Source: Octopus vulgaris (taxonomy: Eukaryota). Taken from it: DNA of 64,000 nucleotides. The notes under the pieces are model-generated. The model was not told the DNA's origin, made no database searches, and saw only the letters and a list, made by a program, of their open reading frames with translations. The stretch is taken from contig OX597820.1 of the NCBI GenBank assembly GCA_951406725.2, forward strand, positions 12,586,001-12,650,000, written 5' to 3'. Below, in pieces: positions 15,219-27,482 of this stretch (within the stretch, counting starts at the first letter, position 1; each line of letters starts with the position of its first letter). A program made the position numbers and the translations under genes.

Positions 15219-15871
15219 ATTACGTACAGTTAACTTTAACACTGTAGATTCTCAAACTTTAGAGATATTTCCCACTCGGAAACTTTTACAATGTTAGTGT
15301 AAATCGAAAGAGAAAATATCTGTAGTTAAATTTAAAAGTAGCTTTTTTTGTTCCAGCAGACGCATATGGGATTATTTTTTTTAGTTCAGAAATGTATTAT
15401 ACGTGACCTTGGCAAATTTTATTAGAAAGAACACACGAAAAAGAAACATAACGAAATGGAAAAAATAATAAAGAACGCGAAAATATTTAGAACATGTAAC
15501 CCAAAGATTGACCTAGTGACCCGGTACGTGAAAAAAACAAAGAATTAACCAAAATACAGATATCGAAGTCTAGAAAATACTGCCAGAAAAACAATGAATC
15601 AGAACAATAAGAGAAAAGTCTTAAGAATAGAAATGTTTAAAGATGACTATCGTGAACATGACAAGAATCTAAAGAAGGAAATAATAAACGTATTAAAGTC
15701 AATAAAAGACCTATCGTTGAACCAGCTAACATAGCTCGCAAGGATATGTCAAAACAAAAGCAGAAAATATAACAAAGGAAATTTTCAGGCCGATAACAAA
15801 AAACAGGATTTGTAAAAAATGAAGGAAATGACAAAACAGTATCCGAAACAACAGAACGGGTGATAAGATGT

Positions 15872-16255
15872 GGGAAGCACTCCGTCGGTTACGACGACGA
15901 GGGTTCCGGTTGATCCGAATCAACGGAACAGCCTGCTCGTGAAATTAACGTGTTAGTGGCTGAGCACTCCACAGACACGTGCACCCTTAACGTAGTTCTC
16001 GAGGATATTCGGCGTGACACAGAGAGTGACAAGGCCGGCCCTTTGAAATACAGGTACAACAGAAACAGGAAGTAAGAGTGAGAGAAAGTTGTGGTGAAAG
16101 AGTACAGCAGGGATCACCACCGTCCCCTGCCGGAGCCTCGTGGAGCTTTTAGGCGTTTTCGCTCAATAAACACTCACAACGCCCGGTCTGGGAATCGAAA
16201 CCGCGATCCTATGACCGCGAGTCCGCTGCCCTAACCACTGGGCCATTGCGCCTCC
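15872..16255 (-). mobile_element. tRNA-SINE family C, full length
   Basis: TSD tgataagatgt at 15861-15871 and 16256-16266. Confidence 0.95.
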
Positions 16256-17006
16256 TGATAAGATGTACACACGTAATTGTTGAGAATAGGTCGTTATGAA
16301 GTGAGACAAAATATTTGAGTAACACAAGCAGTTCAACTCGAACCTGACGATTTTATCAAGTACTGGGGGAAAATTTAATAGCAATTGATAAATGTAACAG
16401 TAATACAAAACAATGTAAATTATTAGGTGAATACTAAGTACCAGGGGTGGGGATAAAACTAAAGTTAATGAATACAAACAGCTAAGATGGTAAGTAGATT
16501 ATGGAGAGTAATGCAACTGAAAAGGAAAGGAAGAGTCGTCATGAAGGAGATTGCTCAACTCGACACAGGAGCTGAAAAATTGTGAGAGATCAAACGATAT
16601 CAAATCAACATAAAGAGAGATGCAACAAGGAAAATAACCTTGAAGGTGCTAGGAAATAACTTCTCATACTTTAGTTTAGCTTATTTAGGAGGTGCACAGA
16701 ATGTGCTGGAAGAGATGTGTGTGAGCGACAGATGGAGCTAGAGTTAACATCGAACTGAAAAAAAACGTTTGAATCTTCAAAATTAAACAAATGGCAGACA
16801 TTCGAAACGAGAGACCGAGTTTTTTTTTTATTTTCCCTGATTACAAATCCTTCCATATCATAATTTCGTGGATGATAAATTTGTACCTGGAAATAAGAGT
16901 TTATGACAAGAAAAAGAGAGTGCGAGCTGCAACAGCTTGTAAGGATGATGGTAAGTGTCAGATGGTAATAATCCAGAATCCTTGTCCGGTACCTGATCGA
17001 TCTCAA

Positions 17007-17290
17007 TGGTAGTCATGGAATGTGAAGGTGGGTGTGCGGGCCGTGTTTGTAATGCTCGTGTGTGTGTCGTCTGCAGTGGGAACAGGGACAGTTTTCTCTA
17101 TGAAGGCCTTTTTTAGTCTATCCACTGATATAGTGTCTTTACGACCATTAAAGTCTATAGTGAAAAATTTATGCGTGCGTGAAAGAAAACGGAAAGGACC
17201 TGCATACGGTGCTGTTAACGGAGGTTTAACAACATCGTTGCACACAGAAACGTGAATCCAAGAAGTAAAGCTTCCTTCCAGGCAGAGCTG
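17007..17290 (-). pseudogene. Gypsy-type LTR retrotransposon integrase C-terminal fragment
   Basis: VKPPLTAPYAGPFRFLSRTHKFFTIDFNGRKDTISVDRLKKAF (GPY/F module). Confidence 0.85.
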
Positions 17291-17661
17291 GAAATACAAT
17301 TGTCAAGTAGTTAAGAGGTTCTAAATAGGGGCGATATATAGTCAAAGTTAGTAAAACTGAAAACTGTGGGGATAAATTAAATTTGTTATTGTTACTGAAT
17401 ATGTTAACGTTATTTAATTTCTGAAGGGTTTTGCTGTCGTTTGGTTTTATGTCGTTTGATTTCGTTATCCATCAGTTTCTACTATGATAGTGACGCGAGT
17501 AAAATTAATAATAGAGAAACGAAAATATAACTTTGGGTACAACAACGCCACCATAACTTACGTAGAATCTATGAGCGTGCTTTCAAGGGAGATAATCAGA
17601 GAAAGACCTGAAAGTGAACGTAAGATCGTAATACTTCATGTAAAGCAGAGTAAATATAACA

Positions 17662-17859
17662 AATAATCCAGAATTGTTGTCCGGTACCGGATCGATCCCA
17701 AAATCTAATCAGTTCGTGCCAGTCACAAGGTCAAATATCCCTGAAAGTTTCATCCGAATCCATCAAGTGAGTCTTGAGATATCTTGTCCACGGTCAAACA
17801 AATAAACAAACAAACACAACTGAAAACAATACACCCGTCTTTCCTAAGGCGGAGGTAAT
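17662..17859 (-). mobile_element. Helentron/HINE-like non-autonomous element end
   Basis: attacctccgcc terminus with hairpin, (gttt)n, ggattcggatgaaactttcagg; resembles a widespread animal HINE-type repeat (from recall). Confidence 0.55.
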
Positions 17860-18074
17860 AATGATAATCCATAACAAAGAAAGATCTCGAGAACGGGAGG
17901 AGACAGGAAAGGACGATACCGAATGAGATTGCATAGAAATACATGGAAACAAAGGAGAGAACACAAACAAAAGAAATAAATCACAAACATTTCGCCTAAA
18001 ACGGCAGAGATATCCTTGGACATATCTACACAAAACCAACCACAAGAAAATACCAAATAAGGAATTTCTAGGAG

Positions 18075-18076
<2 letters not shown>

Positions 18077-18105
<29 letters not shown>

Positions 18106-18168
18106 CATACATACATACACACATACATACATACATACATACATGCACACATACATACATAAATACAC

Positions 18169-18199
<31 letters not shown>

Positions 18200-18367
18200 T
18201 ACATACATACATACATACATGCATACACACATACATACATACATACATACATACACACATACATACATACACATATACATACACACACACATACATACAC
18301 ACAAACATACATACATACATACATACATACATACATACACACACACACATCTGTGTGTGTGTGTGTG
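18077..18367. repeat. (TACA)n/(CA)n microsatellite
   Basis: Direct repeat run. Confidence 0.95.
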
Positions 18368-18547
18368 CCTGTGAACTTGGAGGGATATATTATCTAAGCG
18401 GATACCGTATTGGGTCTTATTTAAGTCCCTCTTAAGGGCCAACCACTTTCATTAGTACTTAACGTCAGTAGCTAATATTCGTGAATTCTTCCGATTGGTA
18501 ATTCTGTCTACGCCTTCGGTAGACGGTAAAAACTGTTTGGAGTATAT

Positions 18548-18692
18548 ATTATTATTAATAATATAGATTATGGAGACTTGTTCATCTACAAATTTTATTT
18601 TATAATTGTATACAGCATATTATAATGTACTGCGTTATAAAATAAATTTCGTGGATGAACAAGTCTCCATAATCTTTATTATAAACAATAAT
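18548..18692. repeat. Fold-back hairpin, about 70-bp arms
   Basis: agattatggagacttgttcatc pairs with gatgaacaagtctccataatct. Confidence 0.85.
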
Positions 18693-18758
18693 TACACACA
18701 CACACACACATACATACATACATGCATACATACACACATATATGTATATATATATATA

Positions 18759-18810
<52 letters not shown>

Positions 18811-19000
18811 AAAAAGGGTGGAATATAATTAATTTAATAAAATTAATAAATTTCACCTAGTAGACTTATCTGTATGGAAAAGACCATGTTTGGTAAGGAT
18901 TATAATAATTATAATAAAGGGTTAATTGGAACAAGTTGCTCAAAACCACATACCGAAAATATTAGAAATAGCAGCCAAATTGATCACTATTACTCATTTA

Positions 19001-19040
<40 letters not shown>

Positions 19041-19041
<1 letters not shown>

Positions 19042-19282
19042 TTTATTTTAAGCAGCAGAAAATTCAACAAAATCTGTTACTCTGAGTTTCTCGTTGCCGT
19101 TCATCAGACAGTTTTTGCTAGAATGGAACATATATATTAATATATATGTTCCATTCTAAAACTGTCTGATACGAAAATAGTTTTGTTAATTTTCTGCTGC
19201 TTAAAATAAAGCATATTACTCTACCACTGGTATTTGAGTACTCTTTTTTCCACCTTGTTTCACATTTATGTGTTTACTCCGG
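19041..19282. mobile_element. PLE-like terminal fragment with fold-back, in (TA)n
   Basis: 19041-19138 inverted at 19139-19211, perfect 40-bp central palindrome, HHR in one arm. Confidence 0.75.
19074..19111 (-). ncRNA. Minimal type I hammerhead motif
   Basis: ctgt-CTGATGA-acggcaacga-GAAA-ctcagag-TA-acag. Confidence 0.75.
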
Positions 19283-19621
19283 TATATATATATATATATA
19301 TATATATATGCGTAAATGAGTATTAATGAATAGCTGTATGTATATCTGTCTAAGACAAATTAAGATAAACACAGGTTCATATATTTTGGTCTTATGTTCG
19401 TTTCACCATTTCACTGAGTGTTCCAAGAACAATTGGATGCTTAACTACAACGCATTATTGCATTATGTTACAGAGAACCAATGTCTTGAGTTGGATGGAT
19501 GCCAAGATATTTTGATAGCGAAATAGAAAGCTATGGTCATAAGTAACCAAAAAGGGCCAAAGAGACAGGAGAAAATGGGAGAGAAAAAAGATGAAGTAGA
19601 GAATAAGGAGATAGAGAATAA

Positions 19622-19664
<43 letters not shown>

Positions 19665-20258
19665 TAGTGAGAGAGAGAGAAAAGAAAAACGAAGAAAACA
19701 ACACAGGATTGGAATTAAAGAAAGAACGAAAGGCTGAACTTGACAAGCATAAAATATATAAACTTAAAAACAAAAAATTAATATTTAAACCTGTGGAACT
19801 CAAGCAGTGTCAGTGTGACCGCTGGTGATCCATATAAGATTTAGGGTGTGGGGGAACGTCGGCAAAATAATGAACTGCATTTTAATGGGTCCATGAAAAA
19901 ATGTCGCTTTGGATGTATTTATTGCAAGAAACGGACAAGTTTCTTTCTTGGCGTTTTACATAGTTCGGCCTACACGAGGGAATGCGAAATAAATAGAATA
20001 ACAATTTTGTGGGGAAAAAAGTATCTATAAAACTGCTTTTTAAACATTGAATTGCTATGGGGTGGGGTTGGGGTCACCAGAATAAAATAGTAATCAAAGG
20101 AGTCCTTAGATAAGAAGTAGTCGTGAACCACCGATTTCTACGACTAAATAAATTCACTGAAACAATAGAAAAAAAAGAGGAAAAGAAAAGAAAGCATTGA
20201 GAGAAAGAGAGTAGATGAAGGAGGAAGAGAAAGTAAGAGATTGTTAGGAAAAGGGAAT

Positions 20259-20495
20259 CTTATTTACTTTATTTACATTTGATGGATATTTGTCCTCATC
20301 TTGTTTGTTGCTAACACGTTTCGGCTGAAAAACCCTTCAGCCTTCATCAGGTGTCTTGGGGAAATTTCGAACCTGGGTTCTCATTCCTAAGGTATTTTTC
20401 GATGTTATTATTATTAGTAGTAGTAGTATTCAGATCACTGCTTGTAATCGAACTCGGAATCTTGAGGTTAGTAGCCCGCGCTCTTAACCACTATG
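20259..20495 (-). mobile_element. tRNA-headed element with hammerhead 3' module (copy 2)
   Basis: Homologous to 38441-38690; gacac-CTGATGA-aggctga..tcagcc-GAAA-cg at 20313-20355. Confidence 0.8.
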
Positions 20496-20554
20496 GCTTT
20501 AATTCTTTCTTTAATTCCAATCATGTCTTATTTTCTTCATTTTTTTTCTCGTTT

Positions 20555-20617
<63 letters not shown>

Positions 20618-20941
20618 ATTCTCTATTTCATCTTTTTTTTCTCTCTCACTTTCACATGTCTCTTTGACCCTCTTTGGTGGCGTCTTACCATGGCTTCCTA
20701 TTTCTCTATCAAAATATCATGCCATCGACCCAACTCAAGACATTAGTTCTCAGTAACATAATGCATTAACGCGTTGCAGTTAAGCATCCATTGTTCTTGG
20801 AACATTCAGTTTGTTAATACGTTGACTAAAAACTATACAATTTGGGAAATGAATATAAACACAAATACAAATGCAACCATGTGAAGAGGTCATGACCTTA
20901 CACAGCAGAGGTATCTAAAGGTCAATATGTATATTTCAAAT

Positions 20942-21310
20942 GAGGCGGTGAGCTGGCTTGCAACATTACGCCTGTCTTTACGTTGTGAGTTCAAAATCCA
21001 CAGAGGTCGACTTTACCTTTCATTCTTGCAGTTGGACCCTGGAGTCAACGTAATCGATTTACTCACGCCCCAGAAACTGATGGCCTTGCGCCAAAATTTG
21101 AAAGTAATGTTTAAACAACCAGTTGTCGGCTCGCTGGGTAAAATGCTTAGCGTCCGTCTTTATGTGCTGAGTTCAAATTCCTCTGGGCACAATTTTGTTG
21201 TTCATCATTTCGGGGTTGATTACGTAAGTACCAGTTAAGCACTGGGGTCGACGTAATCGCCTTAGCCCCCTCATCTGACATTGCTGGCCTTGTGTCAAAA
21301 TTTGAAACGA
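20942..21310 (+). mobile_element. Two degraded family B SINEs in tandem
   Basis: B-box and core segments at about 20985 and 21170. Confidence 0.7.
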
Positions 21311-22022
21311 ATCTGTATGTTTCAAAAGGACTAAATTTAAACACAAATATATGGTAAATTATTACGGAGATGCTCTTGCAAAGCAAGTGCTATGGGTGAG
21401 ATAATGTGTTGAAACTAAAGAGATTGCAGCGTGGAAGACAACAGAAACCATTCGGAAACACATGTAGATCGTTAACTTCCCTTAAACATATAATTTATAA
21501 TGAATTATAGATATTTTATTGCTCACGACTGCAACAAGTACACTGACAAAAGTTGCTGCAGATTATCTCTGTCAGTGCACAGGTCGCAGTCTCCAGCGAC
21601 AAAAATCTTTGACACAGTATTACAAATAGAAGTTCGAGTCAACGATCTTCTTGTGATTCACACACACACACACTTTCTCCCTCTCTCTCACTCACTCTCT
21701 CTCTCTCACTATCTCTCTCTCTCACTCTCTCTCTCTCTCTCTCAAACACACACATACACAGTTTATTGGTAGAGCTATTCCCCAGCGAAATTTTAATATA
21801 TGCGTGTATGTCTGTACGTGCATATATGTGTATATTTGTATGTGTATGTGTATATGTGTGCGTGCGAGTGTGTGTGTATGTGTGTCTGTCTCAGTGCGTG
21901 TGCACATACAAGCGAAATAGAAGATAAATGGATTTTAAATCAAGATGATAAATGCGCATGAAGATGTAGAAACAGATATATAAATTATGTGAAGGGTTTA
22001 CTGCTTAAATGCACTATATATA

Positions 22023-22078
<56 letters not shown>

Positions 22079-22159
22079 TATATACATATATATGCATGCA
22101 TATATCACACTGTTATACTATGTGTGTGAGGGTGCAGGTTGGTGCAAAAGTGGGTAGAT

Positions 22160-22218
<59 letters not shown>

Positions 22219-22553
22219 GTACAGAAGACAATGACATATTCCTTTCCCCGCTTCCTTTTTATGTATAAGAATCTTTCTAGATTTTATTAGGGTATAAAAT
22301 GAAATGATATCCCAAATGTTACATGCGGTAATAATTTTTAACAGTGATTTATAAGAGCCAGCTATACACGCCAGTTCAAAGATCGTTGTTATTTCCAATA
22401 TTCTTAGCAGAAAACATTGTATTATATATGAAACTCCATAAAGATATTAGAGAAATGAATTAGAGCTATAAAAATAATTTTTCATAAATTTATGAGTATA
22501 TATGCGCCTATGCATGACTGCTTGCACCTAAATATATAACGGCGTATGTACGA

Positions 22554-22554
<1 letters not shown>

Positions 22555-22611
<57 letters not shown>

Positions 22612-22668
22612 AATCTATCTATCTATATATATTTATCCATCCATCTATCTATATATTTATTCATCCAT

Positions 22669-22762
<94 letters not shown>

Positions 22763-22794
22763 CCATCCATCTATCTATATATTTATTCATCCAT

Positions 22795-22846
<52 letters not shown>

Positions 22847-22880
22847 TTATATATTTATCCATCTATCCATCTATCTATAT
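22555..22880. repeat. (TATC)n microsatellite with a duplicated variant block
   Basis: Direct repeat run; the block atatttatccatccatctatctatatatttattcatccatttatc occurs twice. Confidence 0.9.
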
Positions 22881-22881
22881 C

Positions 22882-23546
22882 CTAGGGGAAGTCAAAATTA
22901 TCCACACTTTCGCTATAACATACCTTTATTATTATTACACTGTCTTCTGCGCGAATGTGCTTAGAGTTGGTACTATTGTGGACACGTGATCGAAGTTTGA
23001 TCCTGATCGCTCCATTTTTTTCTTTCTGGCTTTAGAGTGTAAGCATGGCCGCTCTAGTAGCGATGTGCGCCAGAGACGAACACAGAGCAGTGATCCGATT
23101 TGTCTGGTCGGAAGGTGTGTCAGGTGTTGAAGTTCAAAGGAGGCTTTTAGCACAATACGGGGACATTGGACTACCACGTAGAAGTGTGTATGAGTGGACC
23201 GATGAGTTTAAAAGTGGCCGAATAAGCGTGACATACTAAGAGGGTGCAGGACGCCCGTTAACCTGCACCACTGACAAGAAGATTCAGTAAATTCGAGAGA
23301 TGGCAATGATGAACCGGTTCGCCATTACCATCTTTCCAATCACTGCTCTTTGTTATTTGGTGCACATCGCTACTAGAAAGGCCATGCTTACACTGTAATG
23401 CCACAAAGAAAAATGGCGCGATCAAGCTCCAACTTCAATTACGTAACCACAATAGTACCCCTTCTAAGCTCGCATGCGCAGAGGGCAGTGTGACGATAAT
23501 AAAATGTGTTATGCCGGAAGTGCGGATAATATTTTACTTCCCCACG
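22882..23546. mobile_element. Fold-back mariner derivative made of two inverted 5' ends
   Basis: Transposase N-terminus HRAVIRFVWSEG..YG..VYEW..FKSGR at 23045; about 220-bp inverted arms. Confidence 0.85.
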
Positions 23547-23554
23547 TATATATA

Positions 23555-23770
23555 TTCTTTTATTCGTTTCAGTCATTAGGTTGCGGCCATGATGGAGCAC
23601 TGCCTTAAAGGGTTTTTACTCGAAGCAATCTACCCCAGGGTTTATTCTTTGTAAGCCTAGTACTAATTCTATCGCTCTCTTTTGCCGAACCGCTAAGTTA
23701 TGATAGCATAAACACATCAGCATCGGTTGTCAAGTGATGGCGGAGGTACAAACACACACACACAGACATA
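23555..23770 (-). mobile_element. tRNA-SINE family A, 3' half
   Basis: Aligns to the family A tail. Confidence 0.85.
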
Positions 23771-23782
23771 CATACACATATG

Positions 23783-23835
<53 letters not shown>

Positions 23836-23913
23836 CTATACAAGTACACATATATAAATATATATATACATGTATATACATATAAATATAATATGTATAT
23901 ATATATGTGTTTG

Positions 23914-23949
<36 letters not shown>

Positions 23950-23978
23950 ACACACATAAATATATATGTATATATATA

Positions 23979-24017
<39 letters not shown>

Positions 24018-24020
<3 letters not shown>

Positions 24021-24620
24021 TAAGGAAAAATTTTTTTAAAAACAGAATGCTCAAATGAAATAAAATTTTAATAAAATGAGAAAATGATAAAATATATAAA
24101 TATATATATTTATTCAACCGGTTTTCGTCAATGTATGACTTGTCAAGAATATTTATGTTTTAAGAAGTTTTTGAAAATTAGAAAGGGAAAAAAGAGAAAA
24201 TTGCAATGTTTTTTGTAAAAGAATAATGATAAAAATGTACAAAAATTAAAAATAAGTTCTCCGATACATTGTGAGTTCGTTGTGTATCTTGAGTTTTATG
24301 GTTGTTTACCAAAAAGTTACCTTGAGGTGTTAAGATCAAAGGGATTAAGAGCATGTGATGTGTTGTGTTGTTGAATACAGCATGTTGCAGGACACAAAAC
24401 TTATTTTTAATTTTTGTACATTTTTATCATTATTCTTTTACAAAAACATTGCAATTTTCTTCTTTTTTTCCCCTTTCTAATTTTCAAAAACTTCTTAAAA
24501 CATAAATATTCTTGACAAGTATACATACCGGTTGAATAAATATATATTTATATATTTTATCATTTTCTCATTTTATTATATTTCATTTGAGCATTCTGCA
24601 TTTTTAAAAAATTTTCCTTA

Positions 24621-24623
<3 letters not shown>
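24018..24623. mobile_element. PLE-like fragment with about 235-bp inverted terminal arms, in (TA)n
   Basis: 24018-24258 is the reverse complement of 24398-24623; HHR in the arm. Confidence 0.8.
24111..24151 (-). ncRNA. Minimal type I hammerhead motif, U3-A8 core variant
   Basis: tattc-TTGACAA-gtca(tacat)tgac-GAAA-accgg-TT-gaata. Confidence 0.7.
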
Positions 24624-24665
<42 letters not shown>

Positions 24666-25287
24666 CTCAAAACAATTGATAAATGTATATATAAATATAT
24701 TATGGATGCACAGATACAAACAAAAGAGACTGAGAGAAGTGAGTGGTAGACATTTGATAGATGCATGTTTCGTTTACGCCTTGACTTTTGTCCAAGTCCA
24801 TTGCACCACAGCAAATCATCATTCTGAGGTAGGGATATAAATGCTGATAAAGCCATTCCCATCTCTTCCTTATTTTCATGTTTGATTTAGTTTTGAAGCC
24901 GCTATGTTTCTGTGATATAGATTTATTTTCTATGTGATTCTGTAGCGTATCAATTATTATTTGAATATGTTGATACCTGGTCCAAATAGGAAGCGTCTCT
25001 GCAATCACTCGTGATGCTAAAAATAGTTGCCATTGCACGAGTAGTCTATATGTTCCCTTGTCACTCTATTCAAGTAAGGGAAGAGAATTTTGTGAACACC
25101 AAATCAAAAACTGGAAATATTGTATCCTGGCATTGATATTTCGTTATATAATAATAATCGATAACGAGATCAAAATATTTTTAACAATAATGAGAATTAG
25201 AAATAAGAAATGTATTGTCGTGGTGTCGTATATCATGCGTATTTCAGCCTGGCCCTCAAGACCATCCCGCCTCTGGGATATTGAGTA

Positions 25288-25660
25288 CAATCAGTATCGC
25301 CCGGCGTTGCTCAGGTTTGTAAGGGAAATAACTATAAAGCATTTTTAGAGAGTTATAGCCAAAAAATAGCAAAAAAATGATGGTAAATTTTTTTGAGAGT
25401 TAAAAAAGGTTGAGTTGCGTCCCCTAGACAGTCTGTGGTTTGTGTTTCTGATTGTCGACCCCATGTCGAATTTATCGATTTTTTTCAGAACTGGGGGAAC
25501 TTTTCAAAATTTTCGCTGCGTTAGTTTTGAATTATGACATTGGGCTATGTGTGTGTCAAGTTTCATCAAAATCGGTTGAAAGCCGTGGTCAGGGTGAGGG
25601 TACAAGCAAACAGACACACAGAAACACGCACAGACAAACTGCCGTTTATATATAGAGAGA
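25288..25660 (-). mobile_element. Non-autonomous Helitron (same family as 45325-45705)
   Basis: 5' TC and 3' hairpin present, CTAG decayed. Confidence 0.8.
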
Positions 25661-25795
25661 TACCTGGAAATCGTTAAATGTTATAACGAAAATGGAGCCT
25701 GCGTCGAGGAATCACAGGCTCTGATTTAAAAATTATCTCATATCACTTTGCAGATCTCTTAGACATGGAATAACGCTAAGAAAATGGAAAGCATC

Positions 25796-25950
25796 GCTGG
25801 GAAAAATGCTTAGTGTCCGTCTTTATGTTCTGAGTTCAAATTCCTTTGGGAACAACTTTGTTGTTCATCATTTCGGGGTTGATTACAGAAGTACCAGTTA
25901 AGCACTGGGGTCGATGTAATCGCCTTAGCCCCTCATCTGACCTTGAAACG
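25796..25950 (+). mobile_element. Degraded family B SINE, locally copied from about 21133-21310
   Basis: Shares diagnostic substitutions and 3' flank with that copy. Confidence 0.7.
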
Positions 25951-26488
25951 AATCTCTAATTTTCAAAAGCACTAAATTTAAACACAAACATATGTTAAAA
26001 TCGAGGTGTTACAGGATCTGGTTTCAAAAACTCTCTCATATCACTCTGCGGATCTCTTAGACATGGAATAGCAAGGATTTAGATCATTCTAAGAAAATGG
26101 AAAGCATCCCAGTGTTACACAGCTTATGGCATTTATCATAAAGCATTGCTAAAGCCAAACTCACATTATACTTCAATACTCGAGATAATATAATGCAGCA
26201 CATCATGAAAATAACGATTTATATGTTTTCTATTGCTTTTCCGTTTTGAATTTTTCCCATTTTCTAATCAATTACAACAGATATTCGTCGTTGGCACAAA
26301 ATATAATGAATAATGGTAATAGCATGTGTATAAATTTCTGAGCATATCTACAATATATCATGCTAGGAACATTCCGTTCAAAATTGTATGAAAATATATT
26401 TACAGTATTTATTGGAATTCCTGAAAGAAAAATTGCAATAAGTATTGAAAGCTACTGCTATATTCAGATATAGACTATTCGGTTTCTG

Positions 26489-26725
26489 AAGGCGGCGAGC
26501 TGGCAGAAACGTTAGCACGCCGGGCGAAATGCTTAGCGGTATTTCGTCTGCCGTTACGTTCTGAGTTCGAATTCCGCCGAGGTCGACTTTGCCTTTCATC
26601 CTTTCGGGATCGATTAAATAAGTACCAGTTACGCACTGGGAGTCGATATAATCGACTCAATCCGTTTGTCTGTCCTTGTTTGTCCTCTCTGTGTGTAGCC
26701 CCTTGTGCGCAGTACAGAAATAGGT
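26489..26725 (+). mobile_element. tRNA-SINE family B, followed by an older partial copy to about 26890
   Basis: Aligns to 14983-15218. Confidence 0.92.
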
Positions 26726-27278
26726 ATTTCGTCCGTCTTTACGTTCTGAGTTTAAATCTGGCTGAGGTCTACTTTGACTTCCGTCCTTGCGGGGTCGATA
26801 AAATAAGTACCAGTTGAGCGCTGAGGTCAGTGTATTTGGCTCCCCACTTCGTCCAAAATTCCAGGCCTTCTACCTGTAGTTGAAATGATTGATTGCACCG
26901 ATTTTTAAACGAATATATTTGAATCAGAACATTCGAGTTTCAAATTGGCGCAAATAAACAGCGGATTTCTAGCAGGCGATATATCGTACCGTATCCTTCC
27001 AGTAACTTCTATTTCGTCGAAACCAGACATATTAAAGAAAAAGTTCACGCTGGTGGTGTTTGAATTTTTTAAAATGCAGAAAGTAACTAAATTATGTAAC
27101 GTATTCAATCCCAGATGGCTATAGCTAAATCTAAGAACTGTATGTGAAGGTGAACAATTTGAGTTTAGAGCAATGCTTAATTAGCAAGAGGAAATAGTTG
27201 CATATTTGATTAAATTGGTCAGTTAGTAACTTCATTTGATAACTGGAGGCAATATAACCAACACTATCCAAACATTTT

Positions 27279-27482
27279 AAAGTGGCGAGCTAGCAGAATC
27301 ATTAGCGCGTCGGACAAAAATGCTTAGCGGTATTTCGTCCGTCTGTAGGTTCTGATTTCAAATTCCGCCGAGATCTTTCCTTCGGGGTCGACAAAAGAAG
27401 TACCAGTTGAACACTAGGATCGATTTAATTGACTTACGCTCTCTCCCAAAATTACTGGCATTGAGTCAAACATTTGAAAACA
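27279..27482 (+). mobile_element. Degraded family B SINE (short tail)
   Basis: Head and core alignment to family B. Confidence 0.75.

Noticed and set aside
18440-18472. Hammerhead-like CTGACGT..GAAA on the - strand
   Set aside because: Core mismatch and no helix I partner.
19805-20135. Possible hAT-like MITE remnant
   Set aside because: Termini too decayed to pair.
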